64,000 nt of DNA, taken from the NCBI GenBank assembly GCA_965113315.1, contig OZ220377.1. One strand, written 5' to 3'. Below are positions 1 to 11,369 of the stretch, piece by piece. The notes beneath the pieces were generated by a model that made no database searches, was not told the origin of the DNA, and was given only the letters and a program-made list of their open reading frames with translations. The position numbers and the translations under genes were made by a program. Within the stretch, counting starts at the first letter, position 1. The number at the start of each line of letters is the position of its first letter. The stretch is from Podarcis vaucheri. Its lineage: Eukaryota.

Positions 1-817
1 CGTTCCTTTCTTCTCTCCCACCCTTCCTCAAGGTTGAGTTTGTTATCATATCTTAGGGCTCCTCCAAATGCCATTTATGCAGCATTCATCCTGGTTTGCT
101 GCACAAAGCTTGCGCTGTGGTTAGATTATGTCCGCTTTTTGTTGAACATTTGCTCAGATTTGTTTGGGGGGGGGGTGTCATAGGACAATGATGGGAGGTT
201 ACAGAACAACGAGCATCCGTCCTGATTTTTGCTTGCAGGGCGTTTACATGTCATCCCATTTATCATTTGTTCACCTCTCACATTTCAATGCATGCCCCCA
301 TCACCTTCCAAATAGCAAGAAGTCAGTTCTTTTTTCAAACAAAACAAAGTTTCTTTATTCTGCTAGGGCGATGGAGCACTTTAATTGCACAAGCCTAGTG
401 TTAGATGTTTGAATCTCTCCCACAAAATACTGAGTCTGGAGGCACCCATAGAGAGGTGTGTTGGGTGGCTATGAAGGTACAAAGTTAACAGCATTGCTTG
501 GGGTCATTATTTTTTGGGGGAAGATGCTGTACTTTAGAAGTGGGCACTGGGCAGGAGTCGTCTATGAGTATATATCAAAGTAATTTGCAGTAAATCAGCA
601 TGGATTTCCCTCCCAATTGTTTTTAAAATAGCACATACCGAACAGCTTGCTTGTGTGCAGGAATCAGGAGTGGGCTTTTGTGTGCCAGGGCTGCAGGTTC
701 AGGTCCAGTACTGGAAGAAAGTTCCTAGGCTGAGCATGTGCTTAGAGGTGCCCTGACTTCTAAGAAGCTACCCTGCTCCCTCTTCTGCCACCATTTTGCA
801 CCTGACTCTAGTCAAAG

Positions 818-1154
818 GCTGTGGGTTAAACCACAGAGCCTAGTACTTGCCAATCAGAAGGTTGGCGGTTCGAATCCCCGCGACGGGGTGAGCTCCCGTT
901 GCTCAGTCCCTGTTCCTGCCAACCTAGCACTTCGAAAGCACGTCAAAGTGCAAGTAGATAAATAGGTATTGCTCCAGAGGGAAGGTAAACGGTGTTTTCG
1001 TGTGCTGCTCTGGTTTGCCAGAAGCAGCTTAGTCATGCTGGCCACATGACCCGGAAGCTGTACGCTGGCTCCCTCGGCCAATAAAGCAAGATGAGCGCCG
1101 CAACCCCACAGTCAGCCACAACTGGACCTAATAGTCAGGGGTCCCTTTACTTAC
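818..1154 (+). mobile_element. Sauria SINE (Squam1), slightly 5'-truncated
   Basis: tRNA-derived head with B box ggttcgaatccc, characteristic body, and BovB-like tail actggacctaatagtcaggggtccctttac. Near-identical to the copy at 43907-44268. Confidence 0.9.
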
Positions 1155-1175
1155 TAGTATTTTGGGGTTCTAAAG

Positions 1176-1310
1176 CAGGCATAGGCAAACTCGGCCCTCC
1201 AGATGTTTTGGGACTGCAACTCCCATGATCCCTAGCTAACAGGACCAGTGGTCAGGGATGATGGGAATTGTAGTCCCAAAACATCTGGAGGGCCGAGTTT
1301 GCCTTGCCTG
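1176..1310. mobile_element. Palindromic hAT-type MITE
   Basis: Long inverted arms caggcataggcaaactcggccctccagatgttttgggact / agtcccaaaacatctggagggccgagtttgccttgcctg; 8-bp TSD ttctaaag (1168-1175, 1311-1318). Confidence 0.9.
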
Positions 1311-2837
1311 TTCTAAAGGAACCACCACCAAGTAGATCCTGCAAGCCTTAAGTCTGCCCACCCCAGTTGTATTGAATGTGCTGAAAATAGGACAGAGATG
1401 ACTCTAGTGGAAGAGCAACCTGAGGGCACAGAAGGCTTCATGCAGACAATTCCTTGTGGGTTTTTGTGAGCAGCTCTAAACATGGCTTATGTCCCAATGG
1501 AAAGAAACAAATGCAAATATTAGTAGTGATTCCTTGCTCATAGAAGCATTTGAAACTGTCTATATAACTATAAGCAACACATCACAGCTATCACTGTTTG
1601 GGAGATGAACTTCTTAAGGCTACGAAGGTCCCTTCTCATTGTTGTGTTCCAGCAGATTCTTGGGGACAGCCTGCCCTTGTGAATGATCTTTGGTGCAAAC
1701 AGAGAGGGAACTGTTGCCCCCTTTAATGAGCTTCTGGAAGCTGGTCAAAATTTTCCATGTTAATGTGGCTTCTTGGTCGCAGATTGGGTTTAATCCATTG
1801 CTCTCTGGGTTGACACCCCCCATTGTAATGTTTATGTAATTTGCATTTTAAAATCGTTAAATTAAGGTTTGCTTTCTAAAGTGAAAGAAGGGCACAGGTG
1901 TTTGAAACAAATATGCACAGAGATGGGCTGTTTCGCATCCCTTTCCTATCTATTTCTACTTTCATGGGGGAAGTCCATAATATTCAATATTTGCAGCAGT
2001 TTCCCACATCTATTGTTGAAATATCTAAAGCCCACCCAAATCATTCAAATGTGAATGCAGAGGTAGGAAGAGTGCCAACACTGCTCCTGATTCCTTTTTT
2101 TTGCCAAGCTGACTGCAGTGAATTTGGGGTTCAAAGAACATACCCCCTCTCTCTCTTCTCTCTATATACGCTGGAGCAGAAAAGAGTGCACAAAGGGGGT
2201 AAACCAGGGGAGAGGAGGAACTGAGAAATGAGACTGGAGACACATATTTCAGGAGGGAAACCGAGAAAGCAGGGGCGATGGCTCCATATACCTTTGGTGA
2301 TACAGAGAGTTGGGAGAGTGAAAAGGGGGGATAACAGTGAAAGTGGAGACCTGCAGTGCCAACAGAAAGAAGACAGCTCACTACAGAGAAGAGAGCAAAA
2401 AAGGGGGTGTTAGAGAATGGGTTAAAACACACACTTAAAATTGTAACGAATTCTGCAGAGTAATGAGTGGCTGGGGGCCTTAAGCACTCAAAATAATGCA
2501 TCTCCAAAGCTTTTAAGAGAGCAATTGCACCCTCCAGTGGATATTATGGGTAAAGCTGCAATATTTTTTCTCCTTGTGTAGTTTGCAAGCTGGAAGTGAT
2601 CTTCCCTTCCAGGATTTGCTTCCTACAGCTATCACTAATCTTACATGTTGTGTGAAATCTATTGTGTCAAGCAAGGGCTTACACTGCCCTATTGCACCAG
2701 GTTTCCATACCAAGTGCTTTTCCCATCAAATCCTCTTTTAGACAGTTACCCAAAGAAAATAACCGGTTGCTAATGCACAGAGAGCATGAGACTATTAATC
2801 TCAGGCTCATGGATTTAAGACCAACATTGGGTGAAAG

Positions 2838-2890
2838 ATTCCTGCACTAGATGACCCTTGTGGTCCCTTTCCAACTCTACAATTCTATGA
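2838..2890 (+). mobile_element. CR1-type 3' tail fragment
   Basis: ctagatgacccttgtggtccctttccaactctacaattctatga matches the CR1 3' terminus. Confidence 0.6.
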
Positions 2891-4559
2891 AATCCTTATG
2901 AAATATACTGTAGTTTGGCAGGAAGCTAAAAGCGATGGTGAATTTGATGTCCCAGAAGCTAGTGCTAACTATCTAAATCACCCTTGGAGTAAACCTTAAG
3001 ATGGTCTTAAGATGGTCATGACTTGGGTCCATTGATTTCAATTGGAACATGACTTACTTGGATACCACCCACTGCATTTCATGGCCTGTTTGAATGGCCC
3101 AGTGTGCTACAGTGGGAAACAATAGAATACCAACAGCTAGAGGCAAACTGATTTGCCTCTGCATCCAATGTTTCCCTTTCTAGAGACAAGCAATTATCTT
3201 CATATGAAATTCCCTAGATCAGCAATGCAGTGCGCATTGGGACATTATACAAAGAAAGGGTGCAAACATTGAGGAGGTTGCCGCAAGAAAGAGTTCTGGG
3301 CAAAAGGGTTCTCTGCATCAAATCAAATGAAGGGTTGAAGGAAAAGGCAACAAAAAACCCCTTGTTTCACTTGGGTTTCTTTTTCCAACAAAAATGAATG
3401 CATGTTTGTGCAAATTCTGCCCTTAGTTTCGCTACCCTTCCTCTGTTGTCTCCAAAGCACTGAATTCTGGATTGTAAGCTTTTCAAGGTGGCGACTTGCC
3501 GTCTTTCACCTTGCAAACCACCAGATTCATTGATAGCTTTATAGATCGATTGACATTTTCAGTGTGTGCTGAATTAAATTGTTACCCAGAGTATATCCTT
3601 GGCTCTTGGAATTGTAAACCAGATGGGACCATGTGAGGATTGGAGAGGAGGCTCCTGCTCTTTCCAGGGGTAGCCACTTTGTGATCTTTGCAGAAGGAAA
3701 AGGGACAAGTGTGAATACTGTACATCGCAAGCCAGTCATTGCCCAGTGAGGATTTGGCTGTGTGCTCCCAAGACCACCAAAGAGTGCTTCATTGCCAGAG
3801 CCACCTGCTGCACACTGGGAAGGAGTGCTATTTTTAAAGCCTTCCTGGATGAAAACAAGGATTGATGGGATTATTTAATGCTCTTCTATTAAAGAACCCC
3901 CTTGAAGGTCAAACTTACTTGAGCAGGAATAGAAACACACTGCACATGATCAACAGCTTCTCAGCGTGAGAATTCTTGCCAAGGTGGTGAGGAAAAATAT
4001 GGACGTTTCAGAGTTATGCATTTCCGGGCAAGAGGCTGCTAGACTGGCTGCTTGCTCACAAGTAGCCACACCAGAAACCAGCCAGGACTGGATGCAGGCA
4101 GGTAAGGGTTGGGCTGATAAACGGCCACAAACCTTTAAGGCTCCTCCTGAAGGCTTCTGAGCATCAGAGGCCAGGAGGAAGGATGCATAGGAGAAGCCTC
4201 AAGCAGGCAGTGGTTGTCTTGGAGGATGAAGTTACCTGTTAGGGTGTGGTGGTCTGGGCTAGGTACATCCCCCCCACCCAATAAACAGGGCCTCTCTACT
4301 CTGGCAGGAAGAGAAGAGTGCAACCTGCTCTGGAAGGAGCGGCTTCCCTTGCACTGAAGGGTCTTTTCTAAGGTCACTGAGGCTACAGGTACACAACAAA
4401 GGCGACTCAACCATCTACCAGCAGTAGCTTTGCAGCATACCTGCATTATCTGTCACAGACTTCTGAGTGCCCCTCGAACTGCAGGGCCCCACAACTGACC
4501 CCCATCCCCAGCAATGGAGTGACAAACACACAGACACCACCAAGTAGGTTTTAACCTGG

Positions 4560-7500
4560 CTTCATTAATTGTTGAGTTGTACATCTGACTTTTGTGGGAC
4601 TGTTAGGTTTGTTTGTTTTAATAGCACAAGACACCTCAACTCTTGATCATAGCATTACAGTACAAATTAAAAAATAAAAAATAAAAATAAACCGAGCACA
4701 CCCGCCCCTTAACAGTGTGGAGAAAATGAGAATCTAAGTATTTACAAGGAATGGGTGGGAGTGCCACAAAATATTTACATGAAAGAGCATGAGTTCATCG
4801 GCATATACATTTTACACCAGTTTTCACACACAAAAGTGTAAAAAGAAGAAGAGAGAATAAAAAATAAGACACTATATAAATTAAAGAGAAGAGAACACTT
4901 GGAGATCACCCAAGACTTCCCTGGGATGGTTCTCTCATGTGGCTCAAAAATGACTCAAGTTTTCCACAGCAGGAAAATAAACAGCACAACAACCATTTCT
5001 TGTTCGTTTTGCACTGGAACTACGCACTAGAAAACTTACTGAAGACACTGAAGTTACTGAGCACATGTTAAACTCTTCCATGCCCATCGCCTCAGTTTCC
5101 GTAGCACAAGGGTCTGGAGAAAATGTCATGCCGAAGCCACCTTTAGAAAGGAAAACAGAAACCCAGAACCTACCACTCTGTTCCCTGACATATAATGTCA
5201 CACTGCAGTCAGTCAACACTTTTTCATCAACGTACCTAAGGAGGTGAACTGGGGCCGGGGTGGGGGGAGAGTATGCAAGGGCCCAAAACTCGCTCTTCCG
5301 AAAGGGATCAGAGTTCAAAGTGGGTTTTGGCTTTGTGTGGCAATTTCTGCCACGGCTGTGCAATTCTTGATGAGACCCACCCCCACCCCCTCTGAGGAAT
5401 AAGCCCCCTCCCCGGTTTTGTCTGCAAAGACATAGGCACAATGTTTTCACTGTCCTCTGCATAAAATTTTAACCTGATTTTGAGGGGAGTGTGGCTGGCA
5501 GCTGCTGCCTCTGCGCAACTACCCGGCTGGACAGGACAAGGAGATGCCTGGGCCAAGAGAGGAGCTGCGTGAGGTGGGACACCGGGGGGTGGGGGGTACA
5601 GTAGACGAAGAAGCAAGGACAGCAAGAGGAAGAACTTTACAGAGGAGGAGCAGGAGGAAACAGGTGCAGACTGGGGAGTAAGCAGGGTTAAGGAAGGAGG
5701 AACCAGGAAGGTGAGAAGTACCTGCTAGATCTGCTCAAGGTGCCTATCATGAGCAGGACCTGATTCCCCTCTGAACAGACAGGGAAACTCAGGACTTAAG
5801 GTGCATGCACCCTAACTGTGGGGGAATTCAAATCTGGATATCCAACGGTGGAAAAAAGCAAGCTCCGCTGAAAGTTCAGCAAATGGCAATTAAGGTAAAG
5901 GCAGTGAGTGACAAAAAGGAGCAAGAACCTGCCAGGTGAGGCCAGAGGTCAGGTTGCTACAGGTGACAAAGGGCTGGAATTTATGGCTGATTTAAGTTGA
6001 ATTCCTCATTCAGCCTGTCTTCCCTTGCAGGCATTCCTCTACTCTTCCACTGGTATGAGAGGTTACCTGACCACTTCCTTCCCGCTTGCTATTCCCTCTG
6101 TGGTGAGAGCAGAGCTGTGGTTGGGTTCAAACACACAGAAACATGGAATGGGGCAAGAGACTTTTCTCTAATGGTTAGAGAGTCCCAAAATTAACCACAG
6201 CACATGAGAAGGACTGCATAGTTAATTTTATGGCTTTCTTAGGTGAGGGGAAGAGGGTTTTGTTTTGTTTTTTAAAGGTACCAGCTACTCGAGTGGCAAA
6301 AATGTACAAGGAAAGAGGGCGATTGTCACTGCTCCTTCAAGCTTAGGAAACAGTTCCGAATTTAATCGCTTCCTTTTACACTCAAGGCTGTACTGCCACA
6401 CCACTGCACAACACTTTCTGGACCAACAGCCTCCAAGTCATGTTGGTGATTAGACACAAACAGAGCCAAGTGAAGTGGATTAAGCGAGGGGTGATAAAAT
6501 TCAATGTCATGATTTTGAAACTGCTCTGACAAAATGGTCTGGCTAAGGGGACTCGTATGCTGTTTAAGCACTGTTATGGGAATTACAGAAAGTGGTAGAA
6601 TTCAAAATCTGACCTGTGTGGGCACTTTATCTCTACAGGGGGATGAGATTTGTGAGCTGAGGGAAATTTTAGTGTTTGCTTAGGGCTGCCACAATGTATT
6701 ATGATTTACAGGAAGTTGGCTTGGTACCTGGAGGGCAGATAATGTAAGGCTGATATATGGAGAGGATACAAGGAAAATTAAGGCTTTCATGAAGACAGAG
6801 GCTTGTCCTGTAGCCCTCGCTACCTGAACCTCAAAATATTCTCAACATAATGGGATGTGCCTGCTGGAACTCTGGACAGAACCTCAACAGAGAGCAACAC
6901 AGCCATTGCAAGAGGATGAAGAACTTAACATGGCTGGATGCCAAAATCAAATGGACTTCGGGAAAAGTCTGTGCAGGCCACGGTAAGGCTTCTTCTGCTA
7001 CTCTGCACAAAGGAGGACAGCTAATTTGATTGCTTGCAGAAAGCAAAGCAAGCTTGCTCCATACAACTGCCAAACTGGAATGGTCCTATTTAGAGATTTT
7101 TCCTTTCAACTGCAAAACAAAAAATGTTTAACTTCCTTACCAGGGCAGGGGGGGCGGAGGCTGAGGTAAACCTGGTTCACAGTGAGTTTTCTGGCCACTA
7201 AATTTATATTTAACACAGTCAGGAGCAATGCCCCTAAAATAAGAATTACCAAATCATGAAAATAATCAAAACCAAGAGAGACAAGCTATTCTTATTGTAA
7301 CAACCCCAGACAAAATTGGGAAATCCAAAGAACAAAATGACAAGCTGTCTTTGAGAAGTGCTTTGTGCCCTGTAAAATATTTCTCTTATCATTTTAAAGA
7401 TGGAATGCTGTTGGACAAAAACTTCAGTTCCAAGGTGGTTTGATCCAATTCCTTTCTTCTGGTGCTAGCGGAAAGGGCCTAGGACAGAGAGATGCCCCAG

Positions 7501-9122
7501 CTGGATACTTCTTCTGGACTTCAGCCCTGCTACAGAGCTTCGTCGTTCAAGAACAAGAAAACACACTGCACCTTGGGCTGGGCTCTGGACAATCTGCATC
7601 TCATTTCAAGGTCGTGAAACCAAGCAAAACCCACGGCGTCTTGTCTGCTGGAATGTCACGTGTTTCCATGGTGGCTGCATGGCAAGAGCCTTCATTGCTC
7701 TGACTCTTACAAGGTGAAGTGGGAATCCTGAGGCATCTATTGGTTCCTGTTCCAGCAAGGACAACACATTTAAGAAGCACTGCATATTCATATAACTTCA
7801 CTAGAAAAGCAAACTAAAACGCTATCTTGCTTCCACGGGGATCTTTTTTAAAAAACAAAACAAAACATGGGAGATAACAATGCACTGATGCATCAACGGC
7901 AGCGTGTGGAGAATCAGCAGTCTAAATTCACAGAGTGGTTTGCCTTACTGACATGATGAGGGAGGTGCATATGGTGGAGGACTTGGTCACTAAATCCACA
8001 CTTACATGCCCAGGCCTTTGTCATGACTCATAGAGAACCAGCAATGATCAGGGAACCACCAGGCAGAACTACAGATTTACTTTGTTAACTGATGATGGAA
8101 TGATATGTAGCAGGGAGGTTAAACAGCTTATCTCTCGCAGGCCTGCCTTGTTGAAATTCCTGGGCGGTGGGCCAGAGCCCAACTCTTCTGCCACTTCACC
8201 CAGCAGAAAGGGTCTGCTATAGGAAACGCACTTGCTGTAAGAAGCTAAGAAATGCAACTCTCGCTTATCAAACCAAAGCACCATTTACAACAATATCAAT
8301 GCTGAGTTTCTCTCTCCCCAGACCCCCACCCTGGATTTCTCAATATTTGATGAAGTAGTTTCTTATGTGTTTTTTTACCTTTACCTTTTAAGAAAAAAGA
8401 ATTTACCTGGGCAACACCTCTTTCCCAGCTACCAGTAGGGTCACATCTTACTGCTATCAATGGACATATTTCTTATCAGGTTGGGTCTAAGAAGCACTGG
8501 AAGAACATTTTAAGCAGAAAGGTACCATTGCTTTAAAAATAAAATAAAATCTGGGATTGCAGAAGGGAAGAAATAATGCGAAATAGTCTTTTCCCAGAGT
8601 TTGGTGCATTAAGCCTAAAAGAACCACATTAAAATATTTACTAAATCTTGCCATTCAATAAATCTCTCTCTAGTGATCACATACAAGGGAAGTTTACCTG
8701 GAGAAGAAATGTCTGCATCATCCTATCAATACATACATCATGCACAGGGCTCTGAAGCAAAGTGTCAAAGCTATGGGAAATGCCACTGTTCAAAATCTAA
8801 GGAAAGTGAGAACCATTTACAGCATGACCCCTGAATCTCAATCTCTGTTTCTGCGCTGCCTAGAGACTGATTTTATCTTCGAGGTTAACAAAAACCTGCA
8901 AGACTGCTGCAACCTACTTTTTAGACCATGTGAGATAAAACTATACATTTACGATATAAAAAACAGTAAGCGGCATGGGGGCTGGAGGGGAGGGAGCTGA
9001 GGGGCACTAATGGAAAGGGAGTTGCTTCGATGGGGTACTTTGTGTGTGTGTATCACTGAAAAAATAAACCAGTCCACTGTCCAGCAGAGGCTGCTTACAC
9101 TCTATACCTTCTGCCCCGGAGC
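4560..9122 (-). other. ARHGAP32: ARHGAP32 long 3' UTR (about 4.5 kb; distal end approximate)
   Basis: Follows the stop codon, lacks recognisable young repeats, and has a U-rich distal block with ATTAAA (4617-4622, minus) and a GU-rich downstream tract (about 4521-4543). The exact cleavage site is inferred. Confidence 0.65.
4617..4622 (-). terminator. Candidate polyadenylation signal ATTAAA
   Basis: Minus strand reads ...tgtactgtaatgctatgatcaagagttgaggtgtcttgtgctATTAAAac..., with upstream UGUA motifs and downstream ttggtggtgtctgtgtgtttgtc. Confidence 0.55.
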
Positions 9123-11369
9123 TCACTCTGCATGGATCTCAGTCTCGGGCCTCTGCAGGCAGAGCTCTGTGGGCAGGAATGCTCCCTGTCCCAAGGCTGT
9201 GGCGTAAGTCCTACTATGTGGATGAGCCAAGGGAGGGACCAAGCCCCCTCCTGCAGCATAACCCCCTCTTTGGTGCTGAGGCATGGTATGGTAGTCTTCC
9301 AAGTTATCATACTGGGACACCACCGTCATAGTGCTTTGGCGCTTGCCAAGGGTTTGGTACGGGTAGATGAGGGCAGCGTCCCGCTCTATGCTCTCGGGGT
9401 GCTGGAGCCGGAGGCTGTGGCTCCGTTCCGGCTTAGGGGGTGGTGCTGCGGGCTGTCCGTAGTGCTCGCCCTCTTTAAAGCAGTCCCGGGCGTGTTTCTC
9501 AGCAGCGGCAGGCGGCCTGGCCCGATGTCTCTCCATATCAGGCCTGTCCTCTGCCGGCTTCACCTCTTTGTGGTTCAGTCTCAAGGCATCGTGGCTGGCT
9601 GGGGCGTACTTCCCACCGGAGTGCTGGTACCCGGTGGATTCTGGTGGTTCCTGGTGGCCCTGTGGTCGGTAGTCAGCATAAGGGGGCCCGTTTTTAGACT
9701 CCAGTGGCTGCCTGTGGCTGGCTTCATGGGGCAGGTGCATCCTGTGCTCAGACGAATTGCAACCCGCCTCATGCGGCTTCCTGCTCCTGAGGCTGCTTTG
9801 CTTTTGAGGGAGAGATGCTTTCTCTGACTGCCCATTCCCATAGGTTCCGTGATAATGGGTTCTGTCCACGTCCGGTTCTGGATGTGGCACATAATAGCGC
9901 TCCTCCCCTTCAGGGGCCACTACTTTGCCCGGATACTTCCCTTCCTTTCCATCAGCAACCGTGAGGAGTCCAGTTTTCCCAGGATCGGATTTGCTGCGCA
10001 GGTGAACGACGTCCACAGTCCTCAGCTCATCCTGCAGCAGAGGGGCGACATTGTCGTACTGGGACATGACAGGCCCTTTCACTTTCTGGCGTGCGCGGCT
10101 CTCTCGGCGAATGGACTGCATCCGGTACTTCTCCATGTCCTCCAAGTCCCAAGAGACGTACATGGGCTTGGCATCAGGCGCAGGCGGCACATCCCTGCTA
10201 ATGAAACTGTGCTCCTTGCCCGCCAAGTGTCCAGCGAGGCCTCCTCGGGGGTAGGGAGGCAGGCCAGGACAGCGATACAAACTTTTGGTCTGCAGTCGGG
10301 AGTAGGACGCAAAGTCTCTGCCCGGGAGTGGGTGCAGCGGCCTCAGCCTCATCGTGCCATAAGGGTCCAGGTCATAAAACCCACCATCGGCCGCCGAGTA
10401 GCAGGAGGGGCCGGAGGAGCTTGAATAGGGGCTGTACCGGTAATGGACCCGCCCGTTCTCAAAGTAAGGCTGCAGCTGAGTGACATGGTAATCTGTGTGG
10501 GGCTGATATGGCTTATATTGGTAGAGGGGCCTTGGGCAATACAAGGGTTCGTCGTCAGGAGGCACCTCGGTGCGGGAGATGGGGACTGACCGGATGGCTG
10601 AGGGAGCAGAGACGTGGAGTGAGTGCACTCTCCGGATGGAGGGGTAGGGGGGCGTTTCCTCCACGTAACTCGTGCTCCTCATGGTGGGGCTCATGGAGGA
10701 CAAGTATTCCACTCGGCTGCGAGGCTTGGCGTGATGGACGGACGCGCTCTTCCCTTGAGTGGCGTAGGTGTTGTACCTGGGGCCCATGGACGTGGGGGTC
10801 TCCGACAGCGAGGGGTAGCCAGGGTGCTGCTCAGACTTGCTGTGGTAGAGGTGGGGCGGGATGCTTTCAGCCCTGTACTGGTGGGTGGATGTTGGCTTGT
10901 GATGCACGTAGTTCTCCATCACGGGGGGCTCGGGGGAGCTCTCTGGCTTGGAGTGGGAGAAATAGGCAGACTGAAGAGAGGTGTGTTTCGGAGGGGGAGG
11001 TGGGGGCGGAGCTTCCTCCACGGGTGGCGGCAGCGTGGATGCAGCCACAAAGGAGTGGTAACTGGCAGCATTCATGGGGTCCACGTTGTTGGAATGCATG
11101 GCTGCGGCAATTTTACTCTCCATCGTCCTCACGGGTGGCACCGGAGGTGTAAATCCATAGGAGGGCTGAGCTGGGACTGAGTCAGACCTCAGCTGCAGTG
11201 GGGGGGCCCTGGCATTCTCTCGAGGCTTTTCCAAGTGGCCTGGGTGAAGCGTGACATGAGGGGTGGCGGAAGTGCACTGGATCGTGGCACTGCCCTCGGT
11301 GACGAAAATGGGGGCTGGCTCAGCTGATCTAGGCTCGGGCAGCTTCTCAGGAGGTGCCTCTCCTCGTAC
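9123..11369 (-). CDS. ARHGAP32: ARHGAP32 terminal coding exon (748 aa + TGA; VRGEAPPEKLPEP...RPETEIHAE*)
   Basis: Translation contains ARHGAP32 motifs SVPISRTEVPPDDEP, DYHVTQLQPYFENGRVHYRYSPY, SWDLEDMEKYRMQSIRRESRARQKVKGPVMSQYDN, HLRSKSDPGKTGLL and the C-terminus ALGQGAFLP...IHAE. Acceptor tctttctcacaccag|GTA at 11370/11369, phase 0; length 2247 = 749 codons. Confidence 0.97.
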   Translation of the reverse strand, partial: VRGEAPPEKLPEPRSAEPAPIFVTEGSATIQCTSATPHVTLHPGHLEKPRENARAPPLQLRSDSVPAQPSYGFTPPVPPVRTMESKIAAAMHSNNVDPMNAASYHSFVAASTLPPPVEEAPPPPPPPKHTSLQSAYFSHSKPESSPEPPVMENYVHHKPTSTHQYRAESIPPHLYHSKSEQHPGYPSLSETPTSMGPRYNTYATQGKSASVHHAKPRSRVEYLSSMSPTMRSTSYVEETPPYPSIRRVHSLHVSAPSAIRSVPISRTEVPPDDEPLYCPRPLYQYKPYQPHTDYHVTQLQPYFENGRVHYRYSPYSSSSGPSCYSAADGGFYDLDPYGTMRLRPLHPLPGRDFASYSRLQTKSLYRCPGLPPYPRGGLAGHLAGKEHSFISRDVPPAPDAKPMYVSWDLEDMEKYRMQSIRRESRARQKVKGPVMSQYDNVAPLLQDELRTVDVVHLRSKSDPGKTGLLTVADGKEGKYPGKVVAPEGEERYYVPHPEPDVDRTHYHGTYGNGQSEKASLPQKQSSLRSRKPHEAGCNSSEHRMHLPHEASHRQPLESKNGPPYADYRPQGHQEPPESTGYQHSGGKYAPASHDALRLNHKEVKPAEDRPDMERHRARPPAAAEKHARDCFKEGEHYGQPAAPPPKPERSHSLRLQHPESIERDAALIYPYQTLGKRQSTMTVVSQYDNLEDYHTMPQHQRGGYAAGGGLVPPLAHPHSRTYATALGQGAFLPTELCLQRPETEIHAE

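Noticed and set aside
1-4500. Short ORFs and a possible neighbouring gene
   Set aside because: No recognisable protein similarity or consistent exon structure; treated as intergenic sequence with repeats.
4598-4605. Perfect miR-132 8mer GACTGTTA
   Set aside because: It is on the plus strand, antisense to ARHGAP32 mRNA, and no plus-strand transcript is supported here.
9132-11180. Long plus-strand ORFs (231, 191, 214 and 185 aa) opposite the terminal exon
   Set aside because: Antisense shadows of GC-rich coding sequence; no recognisable protein motifs or splice structure.
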